Shown piece after piece: positions 23,225 to 35,076 of a DNA stretch of 64,000 bases (the first letter of the stretch is position 1; the number at the start of each line of letters is the position of its first letter). The stretch spans positions 69-64,068 of the forward strand of contig CAVVTN010000007.1 in assembly GCA_963751115.1 (NCBI GenBank), given 5' to 3'. The stretch is from an uncultured Candidatus Altimarinota bacterium. GTDB taxonomy: Bacteria; Patescibacteriota; Gracilibacteria; BD1-5; UBA2023. A program made the translations under genes and the position numbers. The notes beneath the pieces were generated by a model. The model did no database searches. It saw only the letters and a list, made by a program, of their open reading frames with translations, and was not told where the DNA came from.

Positions 23225-24376
23225 ATGCAGAAAATAAAAGATTCTCTCTCTTATAAAATAAGTATGCAGAAAATACGTTTTTCCCGTAAAGAAAAAATCA
23301 TCTTTCTCGATAATTTCGGGAGTCTTATCAATGCGGGAATTCCCATTATTCGAGCTCTTCAGATTATCTATTTTCAATCGCAAAATAAACGCATTCAGGA
23401 AATGAGTATGTATTTCAAACAATCTATCGAAGCGTGACAAAATATCATCCAAGTGTGCGAAAGTTTGCCAAGAGTTTTTTCTCAGTTTGATCGAGCGATG
23501 TTTGAAATGGGAGAAGCAACTGGGAAAATGGGACAAGTCCTCACGCTCATTACTGAACGAGAAGAGAAACAACAAGATCTCGAATGAAAAATCAAACAGG
23601 CACTTATCTACCCCGCTTCTATTATGTTCGTAGCAATTGCCATGGTGGTTACGATTATGACATATGTAGTCCCAAAAATTGAAAAAATCTATCATGATTC
23701 TCATGTGAATCTTCCTCCTCTTACACAATACATTATTGGGATAAGTCACTTTCTCCGAAGTGAATGAATATATCTCGCAGCTGCGATTATAATATGTGTT
23801 ACGGGTTTTCTTTTTGCTCTCAGAAACCCACGTTTTCGGTACGAATTTGACCGCATAATTCTCTCTCTCCCGATCTTTGGTGGTATTCTTCGTAAAAAAA
23901 CATTGATCATATTTACTGAATTTCTCGCCACACTTCTCAATGCAGGGATTCTTATTAATCGTTCCCTTGCGATTGTTCGAACCGGTATGGATAATAGATA
24001 CTATGAGGCAGAAATTGACGCTATACTATCCGATATAAAAGCAGGAAAAACACTTTCTTCCGCACTTGGGGGAGAATATATCGAACGAAAGATTCGTGGA
24101 GAAGTCATCGGAGCAGATGAAACTGCCTTCAAACGAAGAGTGGATTGTTTCCCAATCGAACTCTCTATGTCGGTTAAAATTGGTGAACAAACAGGATCTC
24201 TGGCTCGTATGCTCGAGAAAATGGCTGTTCGTTATAATAAAGATGTTGACGCAACTATCAAAGGACTTTCGAGCATGATAGAACCGATTATCATCGTCGG
24301 AATCGGGGGAATTGTCGGAGTCATTATCATGGCGATAATGCTTCCATTTTTTAATATGGTGAATGTGATACATTAA
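23225..24376 (+). CDS. type II secretion/type IV pilus platform protein (GspF/PilC family, 383 aa)
   Basis: Two T2SS-F-like halves with three TM segments. Track ORFs 23225 and 23903 are in the same frame, joined over 3 TGA. Confidence 0.8.
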
Positions 24377-24390
24377 GGGAATATACATTA

Positions 24391-24428
24391 AAAAAATCAT
24401 CCTCAGTTATCTGAGGATGATTTTTTTG
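24391..24428. terminator. bidirectional hairpin terminator
   Basis: atcatcctcag-ttat-ctgaggatgat flanked by A and T runs, between convergent genes. Confidence 0.7.
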
Positions 24429-24429
24429 T

Positions 24430-26043
24430 TTACCAATTCAAATTCTGTACGTATTCCATTTGATTGTCTCGTCCAACTCCCGTAGTACTATTGATCGTAT
24501 CTTTCCAAAGTTTTTCATCGAATTTCACTTCTAAGTCTGGTTTGATTCCGACTCCGTCGATACCTGTTTGAGTTTTCCCGGTAAACCATTTTGCAATGGT
24601 GTATTTGAAACTAGAACCATCCATATATCCATCGAGACTCTGAACTGATCATTTTCCGTAGGATTTTTCTCCGACAATTCGGACATTATCTCCGAGATAA
24701 TCTTTGATCGTTCCTGCCATAATCTCTGAAGCAGAAGCACTTCCACCATTTATAAGGATAACAATTTTTCTTCTTGTCAAATTTATAATGTCTTGTCCTT
24801 CGCTTTGAATTTCAGAAACAGTATTTTTATACTTGATATGTACCACGCTCTGTCATTTTGGTACGAAGAAATTGAGCATCTGAGCCACTTCATCGAGACT
24901 TCCTCCTGGATTATTTCGGAGATCTATCATGAGTTTTTCATTTCCAGAATCTTTTGCAATAGCAGTAAGTGCTTGAGTAAAAGCATCATTTACTCCCGCT
25001 CCAAATGTTGTAATTTTTATGTACTGATCTCCATTTATAAGCTTTTTGTATTCCACATAATTGATAGTAATCTTCGCTCGAGTAATCGTAAAATCGAGTT
25101 CTTCTGAACCTCGTTTCACATGAAGTTTCACAGTGGTTCCACGTGGACCTTTTATACTATTAATAGCTTCTTGAAGAGTAGTAGTTTCTGTTACGAGTAC
25201 ATCATCTATTTTCGTGATAACATCACCTCATTTGAGTCCACTTTTCTCAGCGGGAGTCCCAGACATAGGCGAGATTATATGGAGTTCTCCTGGTTTTGAC
25301 ATATCGATATATGCACCGATTCCTTCAAACTCACCACTCAGTTCATCCTGAAAGTTCTTGGATTCTACTGGTGGAAAATAGGCAGTATACTTGTCCCCAC
25401 TGGCATCTGCCATACCTTTCGCAGCACCTTGTATTAGAACATCATCCTGAAGTTTCTCGCTGTCATAGTGATTATACTTGAGTTTCTCATAGATATCATT
25501 GAGAATAGCAAAATTCGAAACAGTCGTAATTGGATAAAAAGTTCCGATATTTATCTCGTCCATAATAGACCCAGTATCGTCAGTCGCACCAGAGTTGCTG
25601 ATAGCTGGACCGTTATAAAGTGTACCCAGCGTATCAAGAACGGTTTTCAATGTGAGGGAAGTACCAGTGCTACTCAGCTCTATTTTTTGTCCAAGATTAG
25701 ACTCCATGGCACGAGAAAATTGTTCCGGTGTAGCAAGTTCCTGAGATTTGAGATCGACAGAAAGATTTTTGAAAAATCCCATATACACTCCTTTTTGAAG
25801 AGCTTTATAGAGTGGAGTATCTGGATTTATATTCTTATAGTTGAGAGCGATATATTTATAGCTTTCAGGTATTCCTTCGTAGTCCCCGATACTATTAAAA
25901 TAGACTGTCAGAAATCCTCCAAAAGTGAGCGGACGATCTTCACTTCCTGCTGGATAAGAATTAATATCTCGATAATCGATATTGGCTGCAAAAACCCCCT
26001 GTGTAGAAATGAGTAGGAGAAGCAAAATGAGAAACTTTTTCAT
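24430..26043 (-). CDS. S41 carboxy-terminal processing protease with PDZ domain (537 aa)
   Basis: Signal peptide, PDZ (SPMSGTPAEKSGLK-G-GDVI), LRNNPGGSL and GK-G(TGA)-SVQ motifs. Four track ORFs are in one frame. Confidence 0.85.
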
Positions 26044-26077
26044 AGATGAAATGATAGTAGAGAAATAGAATAATATC

Positions 26078-26335
26078 TTATGGTTGAGTGACGGCTGTGT
26101 CAGTAGTAGTACTTCCTCTCGGTGGTCCATCGAGAAATCAGAATGGATAGACAACACTCACAAATACCAGACCAAGTCCTATGAGACTGATGATAAAAAT
26201 TGTCCCTCCTGAACCGAGGTATTTTTCTGCCCAGTAGAACTTACCAGTCCAGCTGTAGACCACTTTCCGATACTTAAGGATACCGAGTCACATAGCAATC
26301 CCAAGGAGTGCGTAGAATATTTTGATGAGAAACAT
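26078..26335 (-). CDS. small hypothetical membrane protein (85 aa)
   Basis: Two hydrophobic segments and 2 in-frame TGA. Confidence 0.4.
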
Positions 26336-26373
26336 ACGAGAATAAAATATGATATATAATAATTTCTTGTCTT

Positions 26374-28320
26374 CTACCCCACCACCTCCTTATTATAGCA
26401 CTCCTCACAATACACTATTTCTTTTCTTTCTGGAACATACGTTGTAATCATTTTTATCCTTCGTCATCCTGAACTCGTTTCAGGATCTTCCATATATATA
26501 GAGTTTGTCTCATTTAGGATGATTCATTTAAGCTTATGATTTGTTTCACAATTTGGACAATCACATTTCCTCTCAAAGAGTTTTCACGAATTTCTAAGCG
26601 CCATACGGTCAAGATGCCGTTGATCTGGATGTCTTTTCGGAATAGGGAGATGATGTTTACGATAGAATTCCAGTTCTTGTTTAATAATTCTGAATGGTTT
26701 CTTGGTGACTTCACATTCTATTGCCCAGTTGAGTATATCATCTGGTATCTTGGTGATGTCATCTGGGAGTTTAGATGCTGGGATAATCTTCTCTACTTTG
26801 GGGAATGGAGCTTCGTAGTCGGAGTAGTTGAATACCTCCCCCTTGATAAAGGGGGTTGGGGGGATTTCCTGACCTAATCCCCCGACTCATTCCTCTTCAC
26901 CCCCTTTATCAAGGGGGATTCAAAGGATTTCTTCTTTGGTGAGTGGGTATACCTCATTTGCAGCAGTCTCATTGTAGCCAAATAATGAAATGGAAGATGG
27001 AAAGAATTCTCACCATTCTCCAGTTTTCATCATATGTTCTATAATCTTCGGTACGAGAGTCTCATATTGTTCTTTGGTGTACTGTTTATTGAGAATGCAA
27101 TAGGATTTATTTTGCAACCCAAAACATCCGAAAGAATTTTTCGTTGCAAAACAATATATTCCATACAATAAGTTATCGACATTAGCCGAAAGAAAAATTC
27201 CCATACTTGTATGAATATGTTCTACACCATAACTCTCGTAAATTCTCGTGCAATCATATGCCTGACTATTTATGTCATAACTATCTTTGAGGTTCAAATA
27301 ATTATGAATATACTTAATATTCTCTCCGTCTTTTCCTCAAAAGACAGAGCAACCATTTTTCGTTGCAGAAATTCCATCTCATATAACATTTTCACAGTTT
27401 ACCATAGTACTCACCCCCTTTAAAAAACTTCTTTGTTTTCGTGGTTTTATTATCTTAGTGAGTTCATTATCAAATTGCTCTGGGCTCACTTTAATATTTC
27501 CAATCATATAGGATGCATTCTGTAAATCATTACAATCGATACAGTGTGTACATCCAATACAATCCGAACAAGAATAACAATCCGAACAATTTTCCAAACG
27601 CTCTGAATAAAAACATCGAGAACTTTTTTCCATATCGACACATTCATAAGAATCCGACGAATCGTAGACCGAATGACAATCAAGTAAATCAGAAGAATTA
27701 AACAGCCAAAATCAATTATAACAATCCTGATTATTACTGGCACAAAAAATCATATAACAATCCTTATTTCCCACTCCTCCACTGGTATACTCACTATTCT
27801 CTGGATTCATATTAATAACGCTCAATTGGGGAATCTCCCGTATTAACTCTCCAAACTGCTCAAAAAACCCTCTTCCAAAATCAAAATCCTTTCCATAATC
27901 AATCGGATCCCATTTATCTGACCACCAAAAATCCTGATGATAGACTTTGAAAGGTTTATCTGGAGAATAGATCGAAACTATATCCTTTCCCGTTGCATCA
28001 CACTTACGTTTATAGAGTTTTCTTTCATTTCTAAATGAGAGTCTGCGTTGTTGACGACAGTCGGGACAGAGAGTGGGAGTGGGAATGAGATACTTTACAG
28101 ACCCCCTTTCACAAAGGGGGGTAGTGGGGATTTTTCGGACGAGAGGATTATTCTCAAAATCTCCCGCCTCGATTCTCTCGGCACCCTCTTTTCAAAGAGG
28201 GTAAATTGGACTCACTTTCTCATAAAACTCGAGATCTTTATCGGTGATCGGGAAACTTGTCTGACAGTGTTTGCAGATTTTAGTTTCTACGAGAGTTTCT
28301 GTTGGGGGGATTGGGTACAT
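26374..28320 (-). CDS. Cys-rich zinc-ribbon repeat protein carrying three in-frame palindromic insertions (648 aa)
   Basis: KICKHCQTSF...TLCPDCRQQRRLSFRNERKLYKRKC, many CxxC pairs and a C-terminal YCEECY. One frame links track ORFs 28192, 27379 and 27010 and continues to TAG 26374. Confidence 0.75.
26462..26491. repeat. hairpin unit cgtcatcctgaactcgtttcaggatcttcc inside a CDS
   Basis: Copy of 18351-18380. Here it is translated in frame as ...MEDPETSSGGRR.... Confidence 0.7.
26838..26917. repeat. GC-rich nested palindromic element inside a CDS
   Basis: The 18-nt hairpin cccccttgataaaggggg and its inverse ccccctttatcaaggggg flank gggggatt...aatccccc. It is read as IPLDKGGEEEGVGGLGQEIPPTPFIKGE. 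Confidence 0.7.
28102..28201. repeat. GC-rich multi-hairpin element inside a CDS
   Basis: Hairpins cccccttt-cac-aaaggggg and ccctcttt-tc-aaagaggg plus a central imperfect palindrome. It is read in frame as about 31 extra residues between VSPIYPL and VKYLIPTPTL. Confidence 0.65.
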
Positions 28321-28435
28321 ATGAGAATTTCTATAGGAAAATAAATTTCCGGAAGTATATGGTTTATCTATCTCGATGCAAGACAAAATAAAAATTCCTC
28401 ACTTTATGAAAAGTGAGGAATTTTATATATTTCGA

Positions 28436-29629
28436 TTATTCAGCAACTACTTCTACAGGAGCTTCTTCAGTTTTTTCTACTTTCTTCTTGGTAGTTTTCT
28501 TTTCTTTCTTTTCTTCTACTACAGGAGTCTCAGTTGCTACCACTACAGGAGCTTCTTCAAGAGCCTTCATAGAGAGACCGATTCGTTTTGCGATTGGGTC
28601 GAAAGTAATAATTTTTGCTTTTACGATTTCACCAACCTTTGCATATTCTGCAACATCTTTTACCATGTTGTGAGAGATTTCAGAAAGATGGATAAGTCCG
28701 CTGATTCCACCATCAAGTGAGAGGAATACTCCAAACTGAGAAATACGCATAACAGGAGCTTCGATGATATCATTTACCTTGTATTTTTCTGAAAGAACTT
28801 GCCATGGATTTGGCTTGAGACGTTTCATAGAAAGACTGATTTTATCACCATCGATTCCAATCACTTGTACTTTCACCTTGTCACCAACCTTCGCAAATTT
28901 ACTTGGATCAGAAACATGTCCCCAATCGATTTCAGAAACGTGTACGAGACCTTCGAGACCATTGAAGGTGATGAAGAGACCGTAAGTAAGAATACCACTC
29001 ACTGATCCGTCAACATTGTCACCAATAGTGAGTTTCTTGAGTGATTCTCCACGTGCTTCTTCGAGTGCTGCCTTTTCAGAGAATATGATTTTCTTCCCAT
29101 CTTGGTCAACATTGATAACACGAACCTTGAATGGTTTTCCAACCAATTTTCCGAGGTGTTCAAGAATCTTTTCTGGATTCGCTCCTTCTACACGAGGGTA
29201 ATTCATAGGAGTAAGTTGAGAAACTGGGATAAATCCCTTGATTCCATCGAGATCGATAAGAAGACCTCCCTTGTTTGCTTCATTTGGTATAACAGTAATA
29301 ATTTCTTTTGTATCAAAATTTGAGTGAAGTTTCGCTATAAGTTTGATCTGACTTGCTTTACGAAGAGAAAGCATAAATAGTCCTGAATCTTTGTCATCAC
29401 CTATAACAATAGCATCAATAAGATCACCTGCTTTAATCATAGAAGAGTCTTCTGTAGAACTCGTCATATGAGATCAAGAGATAATACCAGTAAATTGACC
29501 ATTGAGGTCTACGAGAATCATCTTCTGATTAGCACTAATAACCGTTCCAGATACAAGTTCTCCCATATTTGGAGTATGTATTGGAGTAGCATCCTTGAGG
29601 ATTTTTCCAAAATCTTCTGCTTGAGACAT
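28436..29629 (-). CDS. rpsA: 30S ribosomal protein S1 (four S1 domains, 397 aa)
   Basis: Repeated S1 OB-fold motifs (GDxVxGxVxxIxxfGxFv). Extended to ATG 29629 across one TGA. Confidence 0.85.
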
Positions 29630-29691
29630 AAAAAAATAAACGTTAAAAAATAAAAAATAGAAATTGAATAATATTCATTATTCATAAAAAA

Positions 29692-29769
29692 TGGGGCGGT
29701 CGACGAGGCTTGAACTCGCAACATCCAGATTCACAGTCTGGCGCTCTAACCAATTGAACTACGACCGCC
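29692..29769 (-). tRNA. tRNA-His (anticodon GTG) with encoded G-1 and CCA
   Basis: Reverse complement ggcggtcgtagttcaattggttagagcgccagactgtgaatctggatgttgcgagttcaagcctcgtcgaccgcccca. Anticodon loop ctGTGaa, an extra 5' G and T-loop ttcaagc. Confidence 0.9.
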
Positions 29770-29934
29770 ATGGTTATGGTCTTTGATATGTGAAAAGAAA
29801 CATAAAAAAGAGCTCTTTTTGGAGAAGCGGGGGCAAGTATATGGAAAAGGGAGGAAAAGGCAAAAGTATTTTTGAAGATTTTACACTTCGATAAATTCCC
29901 TTTTCAAAACTATATATTTTTATAGAGAATTTTA

Positions 29935-30180
29935 CTATTTACACAATCTTATCAGCTCTCATTTTTGATGAAGTGCGTTAATACTATCATATCCTCCGAG
30001 ACATTTTTCTCCAACGAAAATTTGAGGAACCGTCATCATATGAGATTTTTTCATAAGCTCTTCCATAATCTCTGGCGAGCGTGTTATGTCTATTTCTTTA
30101 AATGGAATATTTAAATTATTGAGGAGATTTTTTGCAAGAACACAATAGGGACATGTACTTTTGGAATAGATAGTTACCAT
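29935..30180 (-). CDS. glutaredoxin (81 aa)
   Basis: CPYC active site, TVPQIF and GGYD motifs. The C-terminal G(TGA)-EL extension ends at TAG 29935. Confidence 0.8.
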
Positions 30181-30715
30181 ATGAAAGAAAGATGAGGAAA
30201 TAGTTTCTCGAGTATATGGAAATATATTCTCAGCACAAATATATGTTGAAATTTCTAGGGAATATTTTCTCGAGTATATAAAAAATCTTTTGGTGAAATT
30301 CACTTTTTCCATATACTCCTGTCACTCGTTACAGAAATAAGAGGACGCTTATCGCGCCCTTTCTCTTTTAAAAGAAGGATTCCCTTGAGTTGCACCAAGA
30401 ACCTTCTCCATATGTCATCTGTGGCATACATCCTCATTCACGTATCTTCGTTTGATACTTCTTTAAAATCTCCAGGGAAGGCATTTCCGGAATATAGAGA
30501 CGTGACTGATGTAATCTAAGAAAGGAAATGATTTTTCCCCTCTTTCTCACATTCGAGTCTACATTCCTCTATTCTCTTGAAATATTTTTTTCGGGCTTTA
30601 ATATCTGTTTTGTTTTGTACTTTTGTACAGTTCTTTTCAGTATGAGACTTTACCGACAATCTTATAAATTTCAGAGACCCTAGAGTCTCTTTATTTTTTA
30701 TTCTTTTTTTACACT

Positions 30716-32347
30716 ATGTTATTTCAGGAACTTGGCCTCGACGAAAAAGTCCTCGCCGCACTTACAAAAAATGGTTATACTGAAGCCACGAAGATTCAGG
30801 AAGAAGTTATCAAGGCTGCTATGGAAGGAAAAAGTATCGTTGGTCAGTCTCAAACAGGAACTGGTAAAACTGCTGCTTTTGTAATTCCTCTTCTTCAAAA
30901 AATCGATGCAAATATTCGAAAACCTCAGGTTATCGTTCTTGCTCCGACTCGTGAACTTGCTATGCAGATTCGAGAAGAGTTTTATAAACTTTCTTTTGGG
31001 AGTAATATTCGATCCATCGCCGTATACGGAGGTTCTAATATCCGATCTCAAAGAGAATCTCTCGAGGCTGGTCCTCAAATAGTTGTCGGAACTACGGGTC
31101 GTCTTATTGACCTTATCGAACGACGTTTTATCGATCTTTCCAATGTAGAATACCTCGTTCTCGATGAAGTAGATCGAATGCTTGATATGGGATTTATCGA
31201 TGATATCGATATGATCTGGTCTCGTCTTCCAAAAGTAAAACAGTCTATGACGTTCTCTGCGACTATTCCACAGGAAGTAAATAATCTCCTCGCAAAATAT
31301 GTTGGAGATGGATATGAATCCATCAAGGCAACAGAACAACTCATGGTTTCAAAAATCGATCATGCATTTATCGAAGTTCCACACTTTGAGAAATATGATA
31401 TGCTTAAAAAATATATTCAAGAACATAAAGATTCTAAGGTAGTAGTATTTTGCCGAATGAAACATGAAACTGAGGATATCGCGGATATGCTCGAACGAGA
31501 TGGATTCTCAACTGGATGTCTTCATGGAGATATGCAACAAAGAGATCGAACGAGATCATTGAAGAGATTTCAAGATGGTTTCTGTAATGTATTTATCACG
31601 ACGGATGTTGCAGCACGTGGACTTAATATGAAAGATATTACCCTCGTTGTAAACTACAATGTACCAGAAGATCCAGAAGCATACATTCACCGAATCGGTC
31701 GTACTGGTCGTGCTGGTGCTGAAGGGAAAGCGATTATGTTCGTAACAAGCGGAGAACGAAATCTCCTTGGAAATATTGAACGTCGTAATAAAATCACTCT
31801 TAAACAAGTAGATATCAATGGAGTGGAAGTGGTACGACTCAATCGTGGAAATGGAGGTGGACAAGGAGGACATCATCGTTCTGGAAGTCGTCGTACTTTT
31901 GGTGGTGGAGGTCGTTCATCTGGAGGTTACCAAGGAAATCGCTCATCTGGAGGATACCAAGGAGGAGATTGATCTTCAAGCGGTGGATATCAAGGAAGTC
32001 GTTCTTCTGAAGGAGGATCTTCCGATCGCCCACGTAGTAGTGGTTACCAAGGGGGAGAACGTTCATCTGGAGGGTACCAAGGAAACCGATCAAGTGAAGG
32101 AAATTCTTCTCGTCCACGAAGTGGGGCCGATACATTCAGCGGTGTAGGATTTGGAGGAAGCTCTTCTCGAAATTCTGGATCTAATCATAATGATCGTCCT
32201 CAGTCAGACCGTCCAAAGTTTGATGGTGAACGCAAGGATCGTGGTGGATATGATACCCCTAAACGAACATATGAAGCTCCTCGTAATCGTGATGATGCAG
32301 GCGGAACCAAGAAAACTTGGCCAGCTCGAGAGAGAAAAGATATATAA
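30716..32347 (+). CDS. DEAD-box ATP-dependent RNA helicase with SGGYQG/RGG-like tail (543 aa)
   Basis: GSGKTAAF-type motif I (QTGTGKTAAF), DEVD, SAT and HRIGRTGRAG motifs. The tail continues past TGA 31970 to TAA 32345. Confidence 0.9.
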
Positions 32348-32352
32348 TACAA

Positions 32353-32386
32353 AAATCCCCAATCGCATTGATTGGGGATTTTTTTG
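32353..32386 (+). terminator. rho-independent terminator
   Basis: atccccaatc-gcat-tgattggggat followed by a T run. Confidence 0.7.
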
Positions 32387-32497
32387 ATTCGTTTCCTGTA
32401 AAATCTCTCCATAATAAATATATTTGCAAAAAAAGACTTTGGGACTATACTCCAGAGTAATTAATTACTCCATTGTCTAGATTTTAACCAATTCTCT

Positions 32498-33337
32498 ATG
32501 GCTCTCCAGAAAGAAATAAAAGATTTTACGAAAAAGGTACTTCTCCTTGGTATCGTTCTTTCATTTCTCATCAATCTTATATTTACCTATGTTTCCTCTT
32601 TGAGTGGCGGAAGTAGTACCTATGCGGCAGGAAATGACGGGAAATTTCAACGAGCAAATGTTCCCTATCTTGGAAGTACGGGAGTGGCTATTGCTATGAA
32701 TATCGGTCTTCATGAAAAGGAAAAACAAAATACTCCTATTAATCTCTATACAGAGGTTATGCCAGTAGGGGAGATGCTTGCTGATACTGGTGTCGGTCGC
32801 AAAAAACTCATATCGAGCAATATGGTAGCTGCCAATGAATATTTGAATGTTTTGAGAACAGATGTTAATAAACTTCTTGATTCCTCAACCGATAGGGAAG
32901 CGATGCTCGAAAGTTTTCTGGATCAGTTGAAATATCGATATACTTCGACCAATTCCTATCTTTCCATCCTATCTGCGCAAGTAACGGAACTCCAAGGAAC
33001 TGTAACTACTTCGGATCTCGCGATTGAGAATATTAAGACGAGTATGACTACTGCCTATAAGAATCTTGATTATGATAAAACTGAGGAACTCATTAATCAA
33101 TATCTTGCAGAAAAACAGAAAAACACCTATGCTCGTACCTATCTCGTATTTATAGGAAAATTCATTTCTACTTATCAGATTCTCAATAACTATAATAAAG
33201 TATTTCTCGATACACTTATTAATAATAAACAGGCATTGATTAAGAATGTAACGGTGGTGCTTCCAGATTCTGGAACCAATCTTATGAAACAACTAAATCT
33301 CGTAAAAACAGAAGCAGAATGGAAGGCGGTACAGTAA
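32498..33337 (+). CDS. hypothetical membrane-anchored/secreted protein (279 aa)
   Basis: Intact track ORF with an N-terminal TM/signal segment. No motif recognised. Confidence 0.55.
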   Translation: MALQKEIKDFTKKVLLLGIVLSFLINLIFTYVSSLSGGSSTYAAGNDGKFQRANVPYLGSTGVAIAMNIGLHEKEKQNTPINLYTEVMPVGEMLADTGVGRKKLISSNMVAANEYLNVLRTDVNKLLDSSTDREAMLESFLDQLKYRYTSTNSYLSILSAQVTELQGTVTTSDLAIENIKTSMTTAYKNLDYDKTEELINQYLAEKQKNTYARTYLVFIGKFISTYQILNNYNKVFLDTLINNKQALIKNVTVVLPDSGTNLMKQLNLVKTEAEWKAVQ

Positions 33338-33399
33338 AATATTTTTAAGAAAAAATATTCATTCATAACGAATGAGTATTTTTTTTTAGAAAGGTTACA

Positions 33400-33858
33400 T
33401 TATTCTTGACCGCTTCCCGTTTTCGTTGTGCCTCCTGTTTGTATGGTTGGTTTTGAAAGATTGTTCCTTACTTTTTCCTGGATCTCTCCTATATCAAACT
33501 GACGCATTTTCAGTTGATTTTGTACGAATTGATTCAAGATTACCGAGTCTTTAAAGAAATTGAAAGTCAGCCAAGAAAGAAGGAGAAAACCACATACAGT
33601 TCCTATAGCGAAGAGCATACCAAGAAATATATTGTATCCGATGAGCTTCCATTTATTCTTGTGAAGAGTCAAGAATTCGTGTTTTTCAAGAACTTTGAGA
33701 GTTTTTGTGAGTTCCTTGATTGTTTTATTGAGATCTTTGGTCGTCTTGAGGAGTTCCTGTTGTGTGATGGAATTGAGAAGTAGTTCTTTCTCCACAAAAG
33801 AAACTTCCTTGATGATGTTTTCTTCTGTGATTTTCTTATCTTGTCGAGACTTGCTCAT
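33400..33858 (-). CDS. hypothetical membrane protein (152 aa)
   Basis: Intact track ORF with a coiled N-terminus and one or two TM helices. Confidence 0.5.
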   Translation of the reverse strand: MSKSRQDKKITEENIIKEVSFVEKELLLNSITQQELLKTTKDLNKTIKELTKTLKVLEKHEFLTLHKNKWKLIGYNIFLGMLFAIGTVCGFLLLSWLTFNFFKDSVILNQFVQNQLKMRQFDIGEIQEKVRNNLSKPTIQTGGTTKTGSGQE

Positions 33859-33910
33859 ATTAAGATATTTTAAAAAGTAATTCTTGGTTTACATAAGAAA
33901 TTTAAGTATT

Positions 33911-34028
33911 TGTAATTTCGAACGAATGTGAGAAATCTTCCCTAGTTTAAAGAATAAAATGAATTCTTATTAAAAAATCATAAAGCCAAGGAAGATTTCT
34001 CAGTCGTTAACACTTCTTCGAAATGACA
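33911..34028. repeat. MITE-like element with hairpin-unit termini (TGTAATTTCGA...TCGAAATGACA)
   Basis: Terminal inverted hairpin units ending ...gaaatcttcc and ggaagatttc.... The interior is similar to 60642-60744 (shared ...aaagccaaggaagatttctca). Confidence 0.65.
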
Positions 34029-34035
34029 AATTGCT

Positions 34036-35007
34036 CTACTTTATCCATCCTTCCACAAAATCAGCGATGACTTTTGAAAGTTTTTCGGGATCGTGACGAA
34101 TATAATCTTTTTCATTTACCACATCTCGTTCTATGATTTTATATGGTACATCTGAGAACAAAGAGGCATCGGTGATGCGAACGGGTTGTTTGTTTTCTTC
34201 TCGTTGGTATTTTAATATTAGCTCTTCTCAGATAGGAGCATTATTTACTAACACATAATCAATCTCATTTTCTCCGATATATTTCTCGATAACATTGACG
34301 AAATCCTCTACTCAGAAATTATTAGTTTCTCCATATTTGGTCATAATATTACAAATATAGATCATCTTTGCTTTGGATTTCTGAATCGCTTCTCGCATCC
34401 CTGTTGCGAGAAGATTCGGTACGATACTCGTGTAGAGATCCCCTGGTCCGACGATGATATAGTCGGAATTTATAAGAGCCTCTCTTGCACGAGGATTGAG
34501 TTTCCCACCACCGACAAGAAATGCTTCATGGATCTCTAGATTGGCATTGTGTTTTGGTACATCGATATTGGTTTCTCCAATAATCTGAGTGCCATCTTCC
34601 AGAATGATTCCGAGTTGTGTATCATCGAGTGTAACAGGGATTACTTTCCCACGAACACCGAACATATCGGAGAGTTCTTGTATACCTTTTTCAAAATCCC
34701 CTGTGATATCAGTAAGAGCAGTCAGGAGGAGATTTCCTATCGTATGACCAGCAATTCTATTTCCCGCTTTGAAGCGGTACTCAAAGAGGCGTCGGACGAT
34801 TCCTGTATCTTCGGAAAGTGCGACAATAGCTCGACGAATATCTCCTGGTGGTAGGATTCCAAACTGATCACGGATCTCACCAGTACTTCCTCCAGAATCG
34901 GAAACCGATACAATAGCAGCGAGATTAAAATTTGCATTTTCCTTGAGTCCGTAGAGAACATTGAAAGTTCCTGTTCCTCATCCGATAGTAGTGATATTTA
35001 CTTTCAT
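34036..35007 (-). CDS. YvcK/CofD-like (UPF0052) protein (323 aa)
   Basis: TTIG-G(TGA)-GTGT, SVSDSGGSTGEIR, PPGDIRR and IVGPGDLYTSI motifs. Confidence 0.8.
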
Positions 35008-35076
35008 TTATTTTTTGACTTTGGAAGTATATTGCATACGATTATACCGTTTTTATATTTTAATCAATCTTTTTAT

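Noticed and set aside
26536-28720. Plus-strand ORFs (26536-26877, 28048-28344, 28376-28720, 28413-28673).
   Set aside because: They are antisense to the Cys-rich protein gene and rpsA. Several are generated by the palindromic repeats reading similarly on both strands.
30313-30715. RNase P RNA, tmRNA or SRP RNA in the long intergenic region.
   Set aside because: I could not find the diagnostic conserved strings: the GAGGAAAGTCC-type P4 of RNase P, a tmRNA tag and tRNA-like 3' end, or the SRP GGAA/AGCA motif. It is kept only as a low-interest candidate for a structured region.
31818-32147. Overlapping ORFs on both strands in the 3' part of the DEAD-box gene.
   Set aside because: These are frame artefacts of the low-complexity SGGYQG-encoding repeats. 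The helicase frame continues through TGA 31970 to TAA 32345.
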